This document shows positions 35,943 to 48,736 of a stretch of 64,000 nt of DNA, piece after piece. Both the position numbers and the translations under genes were made by a program. Each line of letters opens with the position of its first letter. Position 1 is the first letter of the stretch. The DNA is taken from positions 32,736,001 through 32,800,000 of the forward strand of contig NC_083224.1 of NCBI RefSeq assembly GCF_032191835.1. Reading direction: 5' to 3'. The notes beneath the pieces are model-generated. The model was given only the letters and a program-made list of their open reading frames with translations. It did no database searches and was not told where the DNA came from. The stretch comes from Heteronotia binoei. Lineage: Eukaryota.

Positions 35943-38900
35943 TCAATTTCAACCCATTGGTTCTGGTCCTACCTTCTGGGGCCACAGAAAACAATTACAC
36001 ACCATTCTCTATACTCCTTCAAGTACTCAAAGATGGTGATCATATCACCTCTTAGCCGCCTCCTCTCCTGGCTAAACATGCCCAGCTCCTTCAATCTTTC
36101 TTCATAGGACGGTCTTCAGACCCCTCACCATCTTCATCGCCCTCCTCTGGACCTACCCCAGCTTGTCTATATCTTTCTTAAAATGTGGTGTCCAAAACTG
36201 AACTTAATACTCCAGGTGAGGTTTTAGCAGAGCAGAGTAAAGCGATACCATCATTTCATGTGATCTAGACACTATACTTCTGCTGATACATCCCAAGATT
36301 GCATTTGCCTTTTTAGCCACCACATCACACTGTTGACTCATGTTCAGTGTATGGTCCTCTAAGACCCCTAGATACTTTTCACACATACTACTGCTAAGAC
36401 AAGTCTCCCCTATCCTATAACCATGCATTGGATTTTCCCTACCTAACTTGTAGGGTGCACTCTGCAGAAGGCCTTTCTGAGATGTGAGGATATCACAATG
36501 GCACTTAGGGGGAGAAGCGGTCATCACCCAGAGATCTGGTTAAGGAGATACAGAGCAGGGTATCATCAGCATGTTGATAACAACCAACCCCCAAACGATG
36601 TGTACTAGATCACATGGCTGTTGACTCTCTCAAAGAACTCACAAAAGCCTGGTAAGCGGGACTTACCTTTTCAAGAAGCCATGTTGATTTTCTCTCAGCA
36701 GGGCTTCTTCTCTGTGTTTAATGATTCTATCTTCTGTATTTCAGTAAAGCCTAAGTAAACTTTTCACTGTAAATACGGGATCGGGGTGGGGGGCGGGGTA
36801 ACCAGTCAAAAAACAGCATGACTGATCAAACAAAGGAGAGGAGACAAGAAATGTACTCTCTAAGCAGGATGCTAACATAGGGTTGCCAACCTCTAGGTTG
36901 TGGCTGGAGATCTGCTATTATAGGTAATCTCCAGGTGACAGATCAGTTCACCTGGAGAAAATGGCCACTTTGGAAGGTGGTCCCTATGGTATTATAGTCC
37001 ACTGAAGTCCCTCTCCTTCCCAAACCCTGCCCTCCCCAGACTCTAAATATCCAGGTATTTCCCAATCCTGTCAGTGAGTAGGAAATTCAAGGCCTCTTAT
37101 TGCTAGAACAAGCAGGCAAGGTTTCAGCTGTCTTAAACTGGTGTGCATTCTGGTTTCTTTTGTGGCTCAGATCCCTCAGTTCAATTAAGCCAGTCCAATT
37201 TTTCCTAAATTAATTGTCTGCTGTTTTCTATATGCTAATTAAGGTCAGGCATAGTTACAAATTTTTTCATTAGCATTCAAGATCACATTATTATTTAAAG
37301 CCAGACAGAATGATAGGTGTATTTTTAATAGACTTTTGCTGAGGGGAAAAAAAATCATAAATTCATATCAAAAATAACATCAACATTATCCTCTTTCAGC
37401 TCACTCCGTTATTAATATTTTAAGGGACATGGTATGCTGAAGACAGAAAAAGAGTTTTTAGGCTTTCTGAAGTGGTTGTCAATGTGAATTTCTCTGTCAC
37501 CTGGCTGGTAATATTTCTAGCTTTCTAAATTCCATTTCAAGGAAAACAGACGATTAAAAACTCAGCAACCCAGGGGGAAAAGGGACAGGTCATTTTGCTT
37601 GGAATTCATTGGTAGTAATGGCATGTCCTCCAGCAACCTGAGGAGGAGAAAAGAAAGTATGTCATATTGTTCATGCCTTGGAATGTATAGCAGACTTACT
37701 GTGTCTGGAATAGGATTGCCAACTCTGAGTTGGGAAATACCTGGACATCATGTAGGATATGGCCTGGGGAGGGTAGAGTTTGGGGAAGAGAAGGAGCTTA
37801 GCAGGTATAGTACCTGTTCACCTGCCAAAGCTGCCATTTTCTCCAGGGGAACTGATCTCTGTTATCTGGAGATCTGTTATATGCCAGGAGGTTGGCAACC
37901 CTGGGAACTTCCACATGTCAAGCAAATGTTCTACCCTAGTGTAGAACTGAAAAATTTCAATTATGAAGGTATTTGGGTTACCCAGGCTCTTCCCTGAAAC
38001 ACTGGGAATACAGAGCTGTAGACATTTCATTTCTTGGATCATTTTGTACTTGACATGATGTGACATAGCAATAGAATATTTGTTTGGCATGTGGTAGAAC
38101 CCAAGTTCTGTTTCTGGTATCTCCAATTCCAAGGTTCCTATAGCATCCAATAGGAAAGACCTCTAAGTCCTTAGATGGCCACTGCAAATAAGAGTAACCA
38201 ATACTGACTTTTAGACCATGGGCCAATTCAGTTTCAGGTAGTTTCTTGTAGGTACATTAACTTGTATGTACATTAACAATACTTCAATTTCTCTTCTGAT
38301 TTACTTATAATATTTTGTTTATTTGTTGACATCTTTTAAAAAATACTGTATGGATTGCTGCATAATTTCTGTACATATCTGCAACAAATGTATGGTAGAC
38401 TTCAGATGTTGTGAGCTAACCAGTGAATTTTCTGATTGACTAAAGAGAAGGTGAGGGGGCAGATCTGGGACCTGAAAAAAACTTCCAAATTAGGAAGGAG
38501 AGGGAAGGACTTTGGGCAAGGAGGAACTGGAGAAGAAGCCTGTTGACTTCAAAGCTGTTCGCTGGCTTTGGGCAGCACCAACAGTTACCTTATTGAGCTG
38601 GGATTCAGCAAGAAATTCCAACATCACCTGCTACCTGACATAAGGATGAAGAGTGCTAATGTTTGTGCAGTTGTTTATGGTCAGGAATGCTAATGCAGTA
38701 GTAGTACCCTTAGCGGATAAGACACAATTCTACGAACACTTTAGTCTCACTGGCTAAATTGGGATTTACTTCTGAGCATTCCTGCTTAAGAGTGTTCTCT
38801 TTATATGTCATCTTTATGAGTTGCTTAAGAGGTTCTGACTAAAGCTCTCCTTGGAGAAGTTTTTCTCCTCTTGGGAGTTACTCTTTCCCACTTATTTTAT

Positions 38901-41604
38901 GTAGTGTGGTCTTACTTCTGCTAGCCCACGGTCCCTTGAGACTCTGTTTCTAGGCCTCATGTGACTCGCAAAGAGAAGCTGGTTCCATATCCTCAAAATG
39001 GAGGAGGAAAGAGAAAGGCCAACAAAAATGGAGACATGATAGCAAAAACACTATTTGTGCATGAAGCTCAGGAAGCATAAATCCAATGTAGGATTTCTGG
39101 TACTTCTTCAAGTATGAAATTTTCTCCTATAAGAAAGGTAGGAGGGAAGAACTCCAAGCTTCCTTTTAGCATTATAAGGGCAGTATAACAATAAAGGGCC
39201 AGGCAGGGGAAGAGGGGGATTTGACATCACACTGATGTGTGGCATCACTTCCCCCACAAAACCAGAAGTGACATAATCACACCAGGGTAATACCAGTACA
39301 ATGGTACTACTGGTGCCATGGCATCACTTAAGGTTTAATCATAGAGACTTGTGCGAGTCCTAGAGTGTCACCAACTTGATGTCACTTTTGGTTTCACACT
39401 GAAAGTGTTGCTGTGTGTTGGTATGACATAGAATAATTCATCCCTGCCCCTCAAAATCTCCTATGCGCTGCCAGCTAAGTACACTGGCAACCCTAATGAT
39501 AACCCCTTCTCCATGGCTTTATTCAACAGTGGTGCTGTAGTGTTTCACTGTGTACAGTTGTTTGGGTCCTTCCAACCCAATCTTTGCCTCCTAGTCTAAT
39601 ATGGGCATTTGACTGCATTGTAGCAGAGCTTCAGGATGAAGCCCCAGCAAAACGGGATTTCCATGGTACTGTGGTAATCTGCATCTTTCAGAATCATTGC
39701 AAGAGCTCTTTATTCATTTGTTCAGTCATTTCGAACATTTTTGTGCTGCCTCTCAAGAAAATCTACTTAAGGTACTTTATCAAACCAGACATGCTAAAGG
39801 TAACAAAAAAGCATAAAATTGTTTCAAAAAAGAATGAACTGCTAAAAGCCCAGCCTTTAAAAAACCAGCCAGAGCATACAAATGGCATAAAAGTTCAATT
39901 GCCTAAAATGGTTTTAATGAAACTGTTCTCAGGCCAGAAGCAGACTGTAAAAATAAATAAAAAGATCAACCCCTAAACTAAATGCCTGGGTAAAATAACA
40001 TATTTTGCCTCCGGTGCCTAAAATAGAATAGGGTAGCTACCTGATGAGTTTCAGCAGGAAAGAGCATTCTATCGATGAGGTGTCATTACAGAAAATGCCA
40101 TGTATCTGTTCACCATCTACTTCATCTGGTATGGGGAATTACAAGTCCTCAGTCCCTATTTCCCATCACATAGGAAATGAGGAGCTGGAGAGAGAAAAAA
40201 TGTCATCCACATTAGGGTTGCCAGCCTCTAGGTGGGGCCTGGAGATCTTCCACTTTCTCAACTGATCTCCATCTGGCAGAGATCAGTTCCCCTGGAGAAA
40301 ATGGCTCCTTTGAAGCGTGGACTCTATGTCATTGTACCATCCTGATGCCCCTCCCCTTCCCAAACCCTGTCCTCTCCAGGTATTTTCCAAAACAGACCTG
40401 GCAACCGTACTCCACATAGTGACGCTGTAGGAATTTCACCTAGTCTTTATAGTCTAGAGACTAGGGGAGGCAATCTAGAATGTCACCCAGAAGTAAAATC
40501 ACATTCTTGCTAAATTTTGCCCTCCTGATGCACAGCCCCATCTCCAGGCATTTGCCAAGGCAGCATTGGTAGCACTACCTCTGCAACTGGGGGCACAAAC
40601 AATTGAGAAGGGAAGATGGATGACAGCAGAATCAAACTATTTAGAGCATTCAGACTGCTTAGGATACCAATGAATTCAAGATGGCTTTCAGGCTTGGGGG
40701 TGAATTGGAAGGGGATGGTATAACAACCTCAGATAATATTGTTAACATTTTATCTTGTTCCTCTAAGAACGTTGTGATCTGCTTTTGTTGTTAACCAACC
40801 TGAGGCTTCAGAAGGAGTGTGTGTGTGTGTAAAATTTAAATAAATACATAATATTCATAATTAAAAATAGGAATACTGCATCAATCTAACCTGTCTCACA
40901 GGATCTTTGAAAAGGTAAAAAACTGGGAAGCACTTACATAGTCACAGACATAGTAGACATGATACTTTCAGCTTTAATCTTTTTTTTCTTTTCAGTGTAC
41001 ACAAAGAGAAGCCAGAGGTGAAGTCCCCGGCTTTGATTTGGAATGCTGCTCTAATTCTTAAGGGTATATAATCTCGATGGACATTCTACTAAGCTTACAC
41101 TGAAGAGGGGGAAATGCACAAAGTGTTTTATATGCATTCTGAATTCCAAACAGGGGGTGAGCAAATCTCCCTTATTTTATTTTACTTATTTTTTCTATTT
41201 GACAATGGTCCTGTGTTTGTTTTTTAAGTGGTTGGTTTTGTACATTTGTGCCTGCATGTTGCATGGTACTTGTACCATATCTATCCATTCCATGTAGCAT
41301 CCTCAATGCATGCAATGCAGTGTAGAATATTGATTAAAACAAATCTTGAAAAAGGAGTACTTTTTACAGGAACAGCCCAACGAGGGGGGAAATGTCGCAA
41401 AATAATCACTTCTTAGTTTGTATGTGGAATAAATGAAATTAAAATAACGATGAAGGAAACAGGAAATCAGGGGTGACAAATCCAGAATTAATTCCAAACC
41501 TGGTCCCATCCCAGGTACGTTGAAGGAAAACAGATGATGCGTGGAAAAGCTCACAGAATCAGCTAAAAAGCAGAAAACCTGGATTTTGTTGTTTTGTGCA
41601 AGTG

Positions 41605-41770
41605 GTGGTGCCAAATGCTGTCAAGTCACAGCTGATGTACAGCGACCCTGTGGTGTTTTCAAGGCAAGAGGCGTTCAAAGGTGATTTGCCATTGCCCGCC
41701 TCTGCATCGCAGCCCTGCTTAGGAGCTGAAATCTGACGAGATCAGGCTAGCCTGGGCTATCCAGGTCATC
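41605..41770 (-). mobile_element. 5S-headed SINE, internally shortened
   Basis: gtcaagtcacagctga...ttcaaggcaaga...gagatcaggctagcctgggc as at 23387-23575. Confidence 0.6.
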
Positions 41771-42541
41771 ATGGAAGGCACATCAAGTGAGCTGAAAGCA
41801 GAGCGCTTGCATGTGATGTCTTGTGCACGCGAGTCCACCTAGTTCTTTATTCTGAATCTGAAAAGCTTCCAGAGGATTAATATTTTACAAGCCACAATCA
41901 GGATCTCATTGCACTTCCATCATTTATTTAATATGCTAAATCAATTGCTTTATTGTATTTCTTTATCAGATTTATGCAAAACACCGAGTGTCTGGTATGT
42001 CAGTAGAAATGTGCTGCCTATCCTATGGCTTCCCTATTCAAATAGATCAATTATTTTCTAGCATAATTAGGAGAAATTAGAACTGCTCCATATATCTATT
42101 TACCTAAGAAACCATAAGCGAAATTCCTTTTTATAATTTCTGCTCTCCTCCCCCGCCCTTCGCCTCTTTCCATGTTTCTTTTTATAGTCAACTCTACGGT
42201 TTCTCTATTGACATCAGCTAGTGCTGATATACTCATCATATAATTTTTATAAGTTTCTTTCAGTTGTTGCTTAACAGGCCTAAGAAAACACATTTTCAAA
42301 AGAAACCCACCAGTAATGTCAAATTAAGAGACAGCTTGATGAATCTCAGAAGTTCCTGTTCTGGATTTCACAAAAAAAGTCATCATTATTGTCTTGGATC
42401 TTGTTGAAGTTCATACAGAATTAGGTGGGGAAAACGGGTGGGGGTGGGGTGGGGAAATTGACTGTAAGGCTGAAAAATGGCTTCATACCTCAAACATTCC
42501 CAGGCCAATTTTTTAATATTTCTACTAAGGCCCTTTCCACA

Positions 42542-43013
42542 TAGGGTTGCCAATCCCCAGTTGAGGACATGGGATCCCCTGGTTTGGAGGCCCTCCCCCA
42601 CTTTAGGGTTTGGGTGGGCGGGTTGAATGTCATCTGGGCATATCTTACCCTATAGAGACTGGTCCCCATAGGGTATAATGGAGAATCAATCTGTGGTTTT
42701 CTTGGGCTTGAGGGGAGCTGTTTTTTGAGGAAGAGGCATCAGATTTTTGGCATAGCATCTGGTGCCCCTCCTCACCACCAGCCCCTGAAGTTTTAAAAAG
42801 ACAGGACCAGGGGGTCCAATTCTATGACCCCCAAAAGAAGGTTGCCCAATTCTATATTATTTCCATTGAAGGAAAGACATTTAAAAGGAGCACAGTCCTT
42901 TAAATGTGATGGCCAGAACTCCCTTTGGAGTTCAGTTGTGTTTGTCACACCCTTGCTCCTGACTCCACCGCCAAAGTCCCCAGATATTTCCTGAGTCAGA
43001 CCTGGCAACCCTA
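42542..43013. mobile_element. TAGGG-family hAT-type element
   Basis: tagggttgcc / ggcaacccta TIR; perfect TSD tttccaca. Confidence 0.85.
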
Positions 43014-43289
43014 TTTCCACACATGGACCTCCACTTGGGTTTTCTCTGAGTCTGATTCACATTCATTTACCTTGCAGAAAACACTGGGCAAAACAGCATC
43101 CATATGTCCTGGCACAATTGTGGGGTGAAACTGGGGTGAGCTCAGTGTAATGAGGAAATGGGAGGGGGGAACCCAAGATAAAAACCGGGGTGAAATTGAG
43201 TGTAGTGTGGAATGTCAGTTTGGGGACAGGGTTGAACCAGGATTCAAGTCTAGTGTGCAAAGGGCCTAAGTGATTCATCCCTCTTTCAC

Positions 43290-43688
43290 CCAGGGTCACA
43301 TCACCAAAACCTTTGAATATAAACATCCAAAAGAGCATATTCAGAGCATATTGAGCAGCATTTTGAAATTCTGACTGTTGTGTACTGAATTTAGCATTTT
43401 GCGATAGCTTTGCACTTTTCCGAGCTACCGCGGGAAACCATGAGATACCTTGATGGACCTGTACTGTTTGAAGGAACCAATGAGTGGTCGTGGCAGGAAA
43501 TGCAACTGCAGTGATTTGGTATGGACTTGGGGGTGTTTCTTTGCGTGTTTTATAAGTGGGATCTCGGCCCCGCCATGTTGTCTTTTGTCCGTATGTAGTT
43601 AATAAAGCATGTTCTATGTTGAATTCCGCTGCATCGAATTTGCTATTTAACACTGACACAGGGTGGTGGCTCCAATTAAACACGGCTG
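43290..43688 (-). CDS. Candidate unassigned coding exon (133 codons, phase 1-1)
   Basis: Lies in a 296-codon stop-free frame; acceptor cttcctcctgcag| and donor CTGG|gtgaaa; non-repetitive, CpG-retaining; product not recognised. Confidence 0.3.
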
Positions 43689-44100
43689 CTGCAGGAGGAA
43701 GATTCAACCACACATAGGAAGCCCAAATACAGGGAAGAAGAAGAGTAATCTTTAAAAAATACACCAAGAAAGATGAGAGAGAGAGAGAATAAAACCAACA
43801 CTGTGCTAGCAGCTGCAACTGAATCAATGTTGTTATAACCTGCACAGCTAATGAGACCTCCAGTGGCCACTCAGAAACCCTGGTGGCAAGAACCCCCCAT
43901 GGCCAAACCAGGAAAGCTGTTGATAGGTACCAAGGCATCCAAGGACACCACATTGGGAACCCCGCTATAGTGTTTTACTACGTAGCAGTGCTTTCCTGCA
44001 GAAGTCCCCATGTTGCTGTGGTGGCCAATGCACTGCAATGGCAATGAGTCTTCAAAACAGAGTTGGTAACCCTGGAGTTCTCTTGGAATTATATCTAGCC

Positions 44101-44320
44101 TCCAAAATAGTGAAGAGTCCAGTAACACCTTTGAAACTAGCGGATTTTATTGGAGCATAAGCTTTCGAGAAACACAACTCTCTTCGTCAGATGCATCTGA
44201 TGAAGACAGCTGTGTTTCTCAGAAGCTTATGCTACAATAAAATGTGTTAGTCTCAAAGGTGCTACTGGACTCTACTCTTTTGCAGCAACAGACTAACACG
44301 GCTAACCCCTCTGGATCTAA
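44101..44320. mobile_element. Penelope-like head-to-head inverted terminal repeats
   Basis: Palindrome centred on atgcat (44191-44196); arms ctgaYgaaga...gcttatgctMcaataaaat...aaaggtgYtactggactc. Confidence 0.8.
44155..44194 (-). ncRNA. Intact minimal type I hammerhead ribozyme core (Penelope-associated)
   Basis: Minus strand GCAU-CUGACGA-A-GAGAG-uugugu-UUCUC-GAAA-GC-UU-AUGC; stem I GCAU/AUGC and palindromic AGCU stem III. Confidence 0.7.
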
Positions 44321-44949
44321 CCTCAAGACTGCAGAGATCAGTTTCCCTGGAGAAAATGGCAGCCTTGGAGGGTAGACTCTATGGCATGACAATCTTGCTG
44401 AGCTTCCTGCTCTTTCTGGACTCCACTCTCCCCAGGCTCTGCCCCCAAGTCGCCAGGAATTTCCAAACCCAAACTTGGCACCCCCTACTTCCAGCTGATG
44501 GGTTTCTCCACTTTTTATCTGCCCCAGCCCCCATGATGCCCCCATACTATAGGAGGAAGCTTTTCTCAAGACTTTTAGAATAAAATGGTAATGGACACAC
44601 TGATATGTCATTATATTTGTATGCCAATTGCTGATTTTTTTTAAACAATTACAAAAAGACCACCAGTGGCAGGGCAGGGAAAATGGCTGCTGTGTTTCTG
44701 CGACTGGAAAATCCAGGCCTATCCACCCACATGACAGCTGGCTCAGCTTTACTGTGTTTGTTCCTAAAAGCAGGTTTGCGAAAGATCTCAGAAGAGCTGA
44801 GAAAAAGTCAGAAGCATCATGATGCTGTGGGAAGTGGAGGGAAAACCCACTCTTCAAAAGTATCCAGCCCAGGGCAAACCAGCAGTGTGGATATGGCCAT
44901 AATGACAGTGTATAACAGAGTCAGATTAACCACTTGATCCTTTCAAGTA

Positions 44950-45098
44950 GCTATTTTCACACATGCTGAATAATGCATTTTCGATTCATTTTCAGTGGAC
45001 TTTGCAACTGGATTTTACTGTGTGAAACAGCAAAATCCACTTGCAAATGATAGCTAAAGTGGATTGAAAGTACATTATTTAGCATGTGTGAAAGTGCA
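44950..45098. mobile_element. Short palindromic MITE (Harbinger-like)
   Basis: ttttcacacatgctgaataatgc / tacattatttagcatgtgtgaaa inverted arms; no clear TSD. Confidence 0.5.
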
Positions 45099-45232
45099 CA
45101 ATGGCGCAGTTCAGCCATCACCTGAACCATAGTTCATTTAAATTATGCTTAGTTATGGCTTTTTTCTCAAATTGGGTCTGGGTTTTCCTAACCAGACTCT
45201 CATTCCTGTCAGCTGGATGTCAGCTTCTGGGA

Positions 45233-46068
45233 TAGGCTTCCCGAATCCCCCGCCTAGCTGGGGGACCCCCGATTTGGAGCCTCCCCCCCCCCCCCGCTCG
45301 CCAAAAATCCAGAAAGCAGGGGGGAATGGCGGCCCTTCCCACCCAGCCCCGATCCCAGCAGCTTTTCCTTGCCCTTCCCTTCCCACCCAGCCCCGATCGC
45401 AGCAGCCTTTCTTCAGTTTTCCCAGGCTGCTTCCCGCCCCCAATCAGCTGGCTGGCGGGGGGGGGGGAGAAGGAGCTCCGCCCACAAAGGACCATGTGCC
45501 TTTGCACCTCCGGAGGCTTGGCTTGAAAGTCTTCAATTTAGGATGGTGTGTCTGTGTTTCTGTGAAGAAGCTGGCAGCAAATGGTGAGTAGAAAGGCCGA
45601 TCCGCTGCTTCAGACTTGCCGGAAAGGGGGGGGGGGGAGAGGGAAATGTCTTCATTATTCCCTATGTGATCGATTCTCATAGGGTATAATGGGGAATTGT
45701 TCTGGAGGTTTCGGGGGCTCTGGGGGAGCTGTTTTTTTGAGGTAGATACACCAAATTTTCAATATAGTATCTAGTGCCTCTCCCCATAGTACCCCCCAAG
45801 TTTCAAAATGATTGGACCAGGGGGTCCAATTCTATGAGCCCCAAAAGAAGGTGCCCCTATCCTTCATTATTTCCTATGGAAGGAAGTCATTTTAAAAGGT
45901 GTGCTGTCCCTTTAAATGTGATGGCCGGAACTCTCTTGGAGTTCAATTATGCTTGTCACACCCTTGTTCCTGGCTCCGCCCCCAGTGTCCCCTGGCTCCA
46001 TCCCCAAAGTCTCCTGGCTCCACCCCCAAAGTCCCCAGATATTTCTTGAATTGGACTTGGCAACCCTA
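45233..46068. mobile_element. TAGGG-family hAT-type element
   Basis: Perfect TSD ttctggga at 45225-45232 and 46069-46076; colinear with 27398-28092. Confidence 0.85.
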
Positions 46069-46614
46069 TTCTGGGAAGTGATTTCCCATGCACTGGAGGG
46101 GCCCAATTTGGATGGTGCAGAGAAAGAAGGGGCTTCAGGCTTTCCCCCTGCAATGTTTTTCTGACTTCAGATACCCCGTTGGAAAAACCCTCTAAGAATG
46201 TTAGAAAACATAAGAGAAGCCATGTTGGATAAGTTCAATGGCCCATTCAGTCCAACACCTCTGGGCCAAACATCAAGAGGTCCAGCAGCAGGGTCAGAAT
46301 TCCAGATTTCCTCCCACTGTTACTCCACCCCCAACACCAAGAATACAGAGCATCAATGCTCCAGCAAAAATGTTTTATCCATAAAATATCTATAGATTTG
46401 AAGTTCATGCCTGGAGAGGGAGGAATTTGGGCAGAGAAGAGAGCTCAATAGGGATGGGGTGCCATGGAGCCTGTCTCCTGACCAGTGGAACATATCTCTG
46501 CAGTGCGGAAGTCAGTGGAAATTTCAAGAGAACTCCAGACCCCACCTTGGATTTGGTATCCTACAAGAGGTAGAGTATGCACACGGGTCTCCTTGAGTAG
46601 CTGCCACTTGAGAC

Positions 46615-46887
46615 ATGAAGTTATTGGATTTATATCCTGCCCTCAACTCCGAAGAGTCTCAGAGTGGATCACAATCTCCTTTACCTTCCTCCCCCACAAC
46701 AGACACCATGTGAGGTGGGTGGGGCTGGAGAGGGCTCTCACAGCAGCTGCCCTTTCAAGGACAACCTCTGTCAGAGCTATGGCTGACCCAAGGCCATGCT
46801 AGCAGGTGCAAGTGGAGGAGTGGGGAATCAAACCCGGTTCTCCCAGATTAGAGTCTGCACACTTAACCACTCTCACCAAACATGGCC
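46615..46887 (-). mobile_element. Squam3-like SINE
   Basis: Reverse complement of the family consensus seen at 2484 and 55062. Confidence 0.8.
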
Positions 46888-46895
46888 ACAGAGGA

Positions 46896-47277
46896 CAGGG
46901 CCATAGCCAGAATTTCATGTTTGGTGGGGCCCGCAAAAGTATTTTTTGTTTGGAATGGGGCTGGGAGGCCACCCAGTTTGGACCTAAACATTTTCTCTGC
47001 TCAAGTAAAGCAACACCCCCCCTCCAATTTGTCTTACTCAGTAAACTTTCCAGGGGCATCTGGCTGCAAGTAGGCTTCTCTCCCCCCACCTTGCCATGCC
47101 AATCTGAAGCCCCTACAGTAGCAATGCTGCACTTGTTCAGAGCAGTGGCAAGTGTCAGTGAGCAAAGGGGGCAGATTTGAGGCCCTTCAATGGAGGGGCC
47201 ATACAGATGGAAAGGGGGGGGGAGTTGAATGGAGTTGCCTGCCCTCCCCCCCAGGCCCCACTGTAGCTGTGGGCCTG
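46896..47277. mobile_element. hAT MITE (CAGGG TIR)
   Basis: cagggccatagcc / gctgtgggcctg ends; TSD acagagga / acagatga. Confidence 0.65.
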
Positions 47278-48736
47278 ACAGATGAAGAGGAGGCAGTACA
47301 GGCAGCAACTATGGTCTTACTCTTAGATGTGCCTATGCATGCCTGTGAGACTGAAGGGGAATGCTCGCAGGTTGGGGCATCAAAGACTTCCATAAACAGT
47401 GACCCACTCAAAAAACGAATAAAGCCATCACTGCTGAATTTGGATAGAGTAAGTACCTTACTCAAGGCATGGTGTGTCTGCTCAACTGTGTTCTTTGGAG
47501 TTCTCTTCTCTTGTGTTATTCCAAGCTACTTAAAAGACCAAACAATTCTTCAATATAATAATAATAATAAGTTTTTATTTATACCCCGCCCTCCCCGCCA
47601 AGGCAGGGCAGGGCAATATAGAAGAGCATTTATGCTCGCTCAGTTAAATTCTTTTCTCTTGGCCATACTGGAAGGTTGATTCACAGGCATAGCATATCTG
47701 GACAGAGTTGGTAAAGGGCAGAGAATGGTAGGCCTCTTGCCAATGTGGGCAAGCTAATGCCTAGCCACTATTAGTGAGTTTGAGAAAATCCACAGTCCAA
47801 CATTCCCACCTGTCTGTGCATTTGTTTGCTCTGTGGTAAAGTACTGGCAACTCCTATGAGGTAGATAACATCATCTCATGGAAGCTAAGATAGAAGTAGA
47901 GGGAAAAGGATATAAAATATTTTTTCAGACTTTGCAGGTAATCATGGTTTCCTAGCTTATATTCCCCAAAATTTAATTAACACATCCAAATAAAAGAAGA
48001 TAATGGGAGGAGAGCAGCTTCTTCACTTTTCACACCTAAAAAGGTGTGAAGTCCAGTTTTAGACTATGTCTATCACTGTATTTGAAGCACTCCTGGTTTA
48101 GTATGCAGAATGAAAATGTTTAATTCTTTCTTTCTTTCTGAGAAAATATGCCTTGGCTGATGACTTTTATCAGGAGGAAGTGGGCAACTCTTTTCTGGAC
48201 CAAAAGCCAGATTTTCCCACGGAACAGGGAGGCCAAGCCTTAGAGGAATTTACTTCTGAACTGGCTGTGTGCTCCTTGGGTCTCAAAGACATCTGTCCAC
48301 AGAAACATTTTTGCAGCTTTCCCTGGCTTATTCACTTACGGTTGACAAATCTGACTCAGGAAATAGCTGGAGGTTTTAGGGAGTGGAGTAGGGCAGCCAA
48401 GCTCCCACTGAGGTGGGGGATCCCCTGGTTTAGGGGCCTCCAACCTGCTGGCACTGAGCAGGCCATTGGGGGATTCCCATCCCCCCAAAGCCCCATCTCT
48501 GATGCTACAAGCGCCACATGATGACGTCACCTGGAAGTGACATCACGCCAGAAATGCTTGACATCATGCCAGAAATGCTCTAGGATTTATGGTAAAAATC
48601 TATGGTAGAGTTTTACCATGGTTCATAGAGTGTCCCCAGTGTGATGCTCTAGGATTCGCTGTACAAAACTTGGTAACCTTAGGGTGGAGTCAGGAAACTT
48701 TAGGGGTAAAGTGGAATCAGGAAACTTTAGGGGTAA

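Larger units (their letters stand above)
30351..36450 (-). mobile_element. CR1 LINE 3' fragment (second family) split by Ngaro copy 2 and a Harbinger-like MITE
   Basis: Pieces 30351-30431, 35512-35676 and 35943-36450 join colinearly with the uninterrupted copy at 55774-56270; YLGVL...KKANAILGCI...KPHLEY. Confidence 0.85.

Noticed and set aside
39584-39976. 130-aa ORF
   Set aside because: Low-complexity Lys-rich AT tract without motifs or splice support.
40996-41063. Small plus-strand exon (ttttcag|...AAGG|gtatat)
   Set aside because: 68 nt, weak donor, unrecognised peptide, no compatible partner exon found.
43290-43330. GFGD as a potassium-channel selectivity filter
   Set aside because: It lacks the preceding T/S-T-I/V pore-helix motif and a following TM helix.
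45774-46164. Recurrent similar short ORFs (MCCPFKCDG..., also 27813, 54738)
   Set aside because: Translations of the shared non-coding right arm of the TAGGG hAT family.
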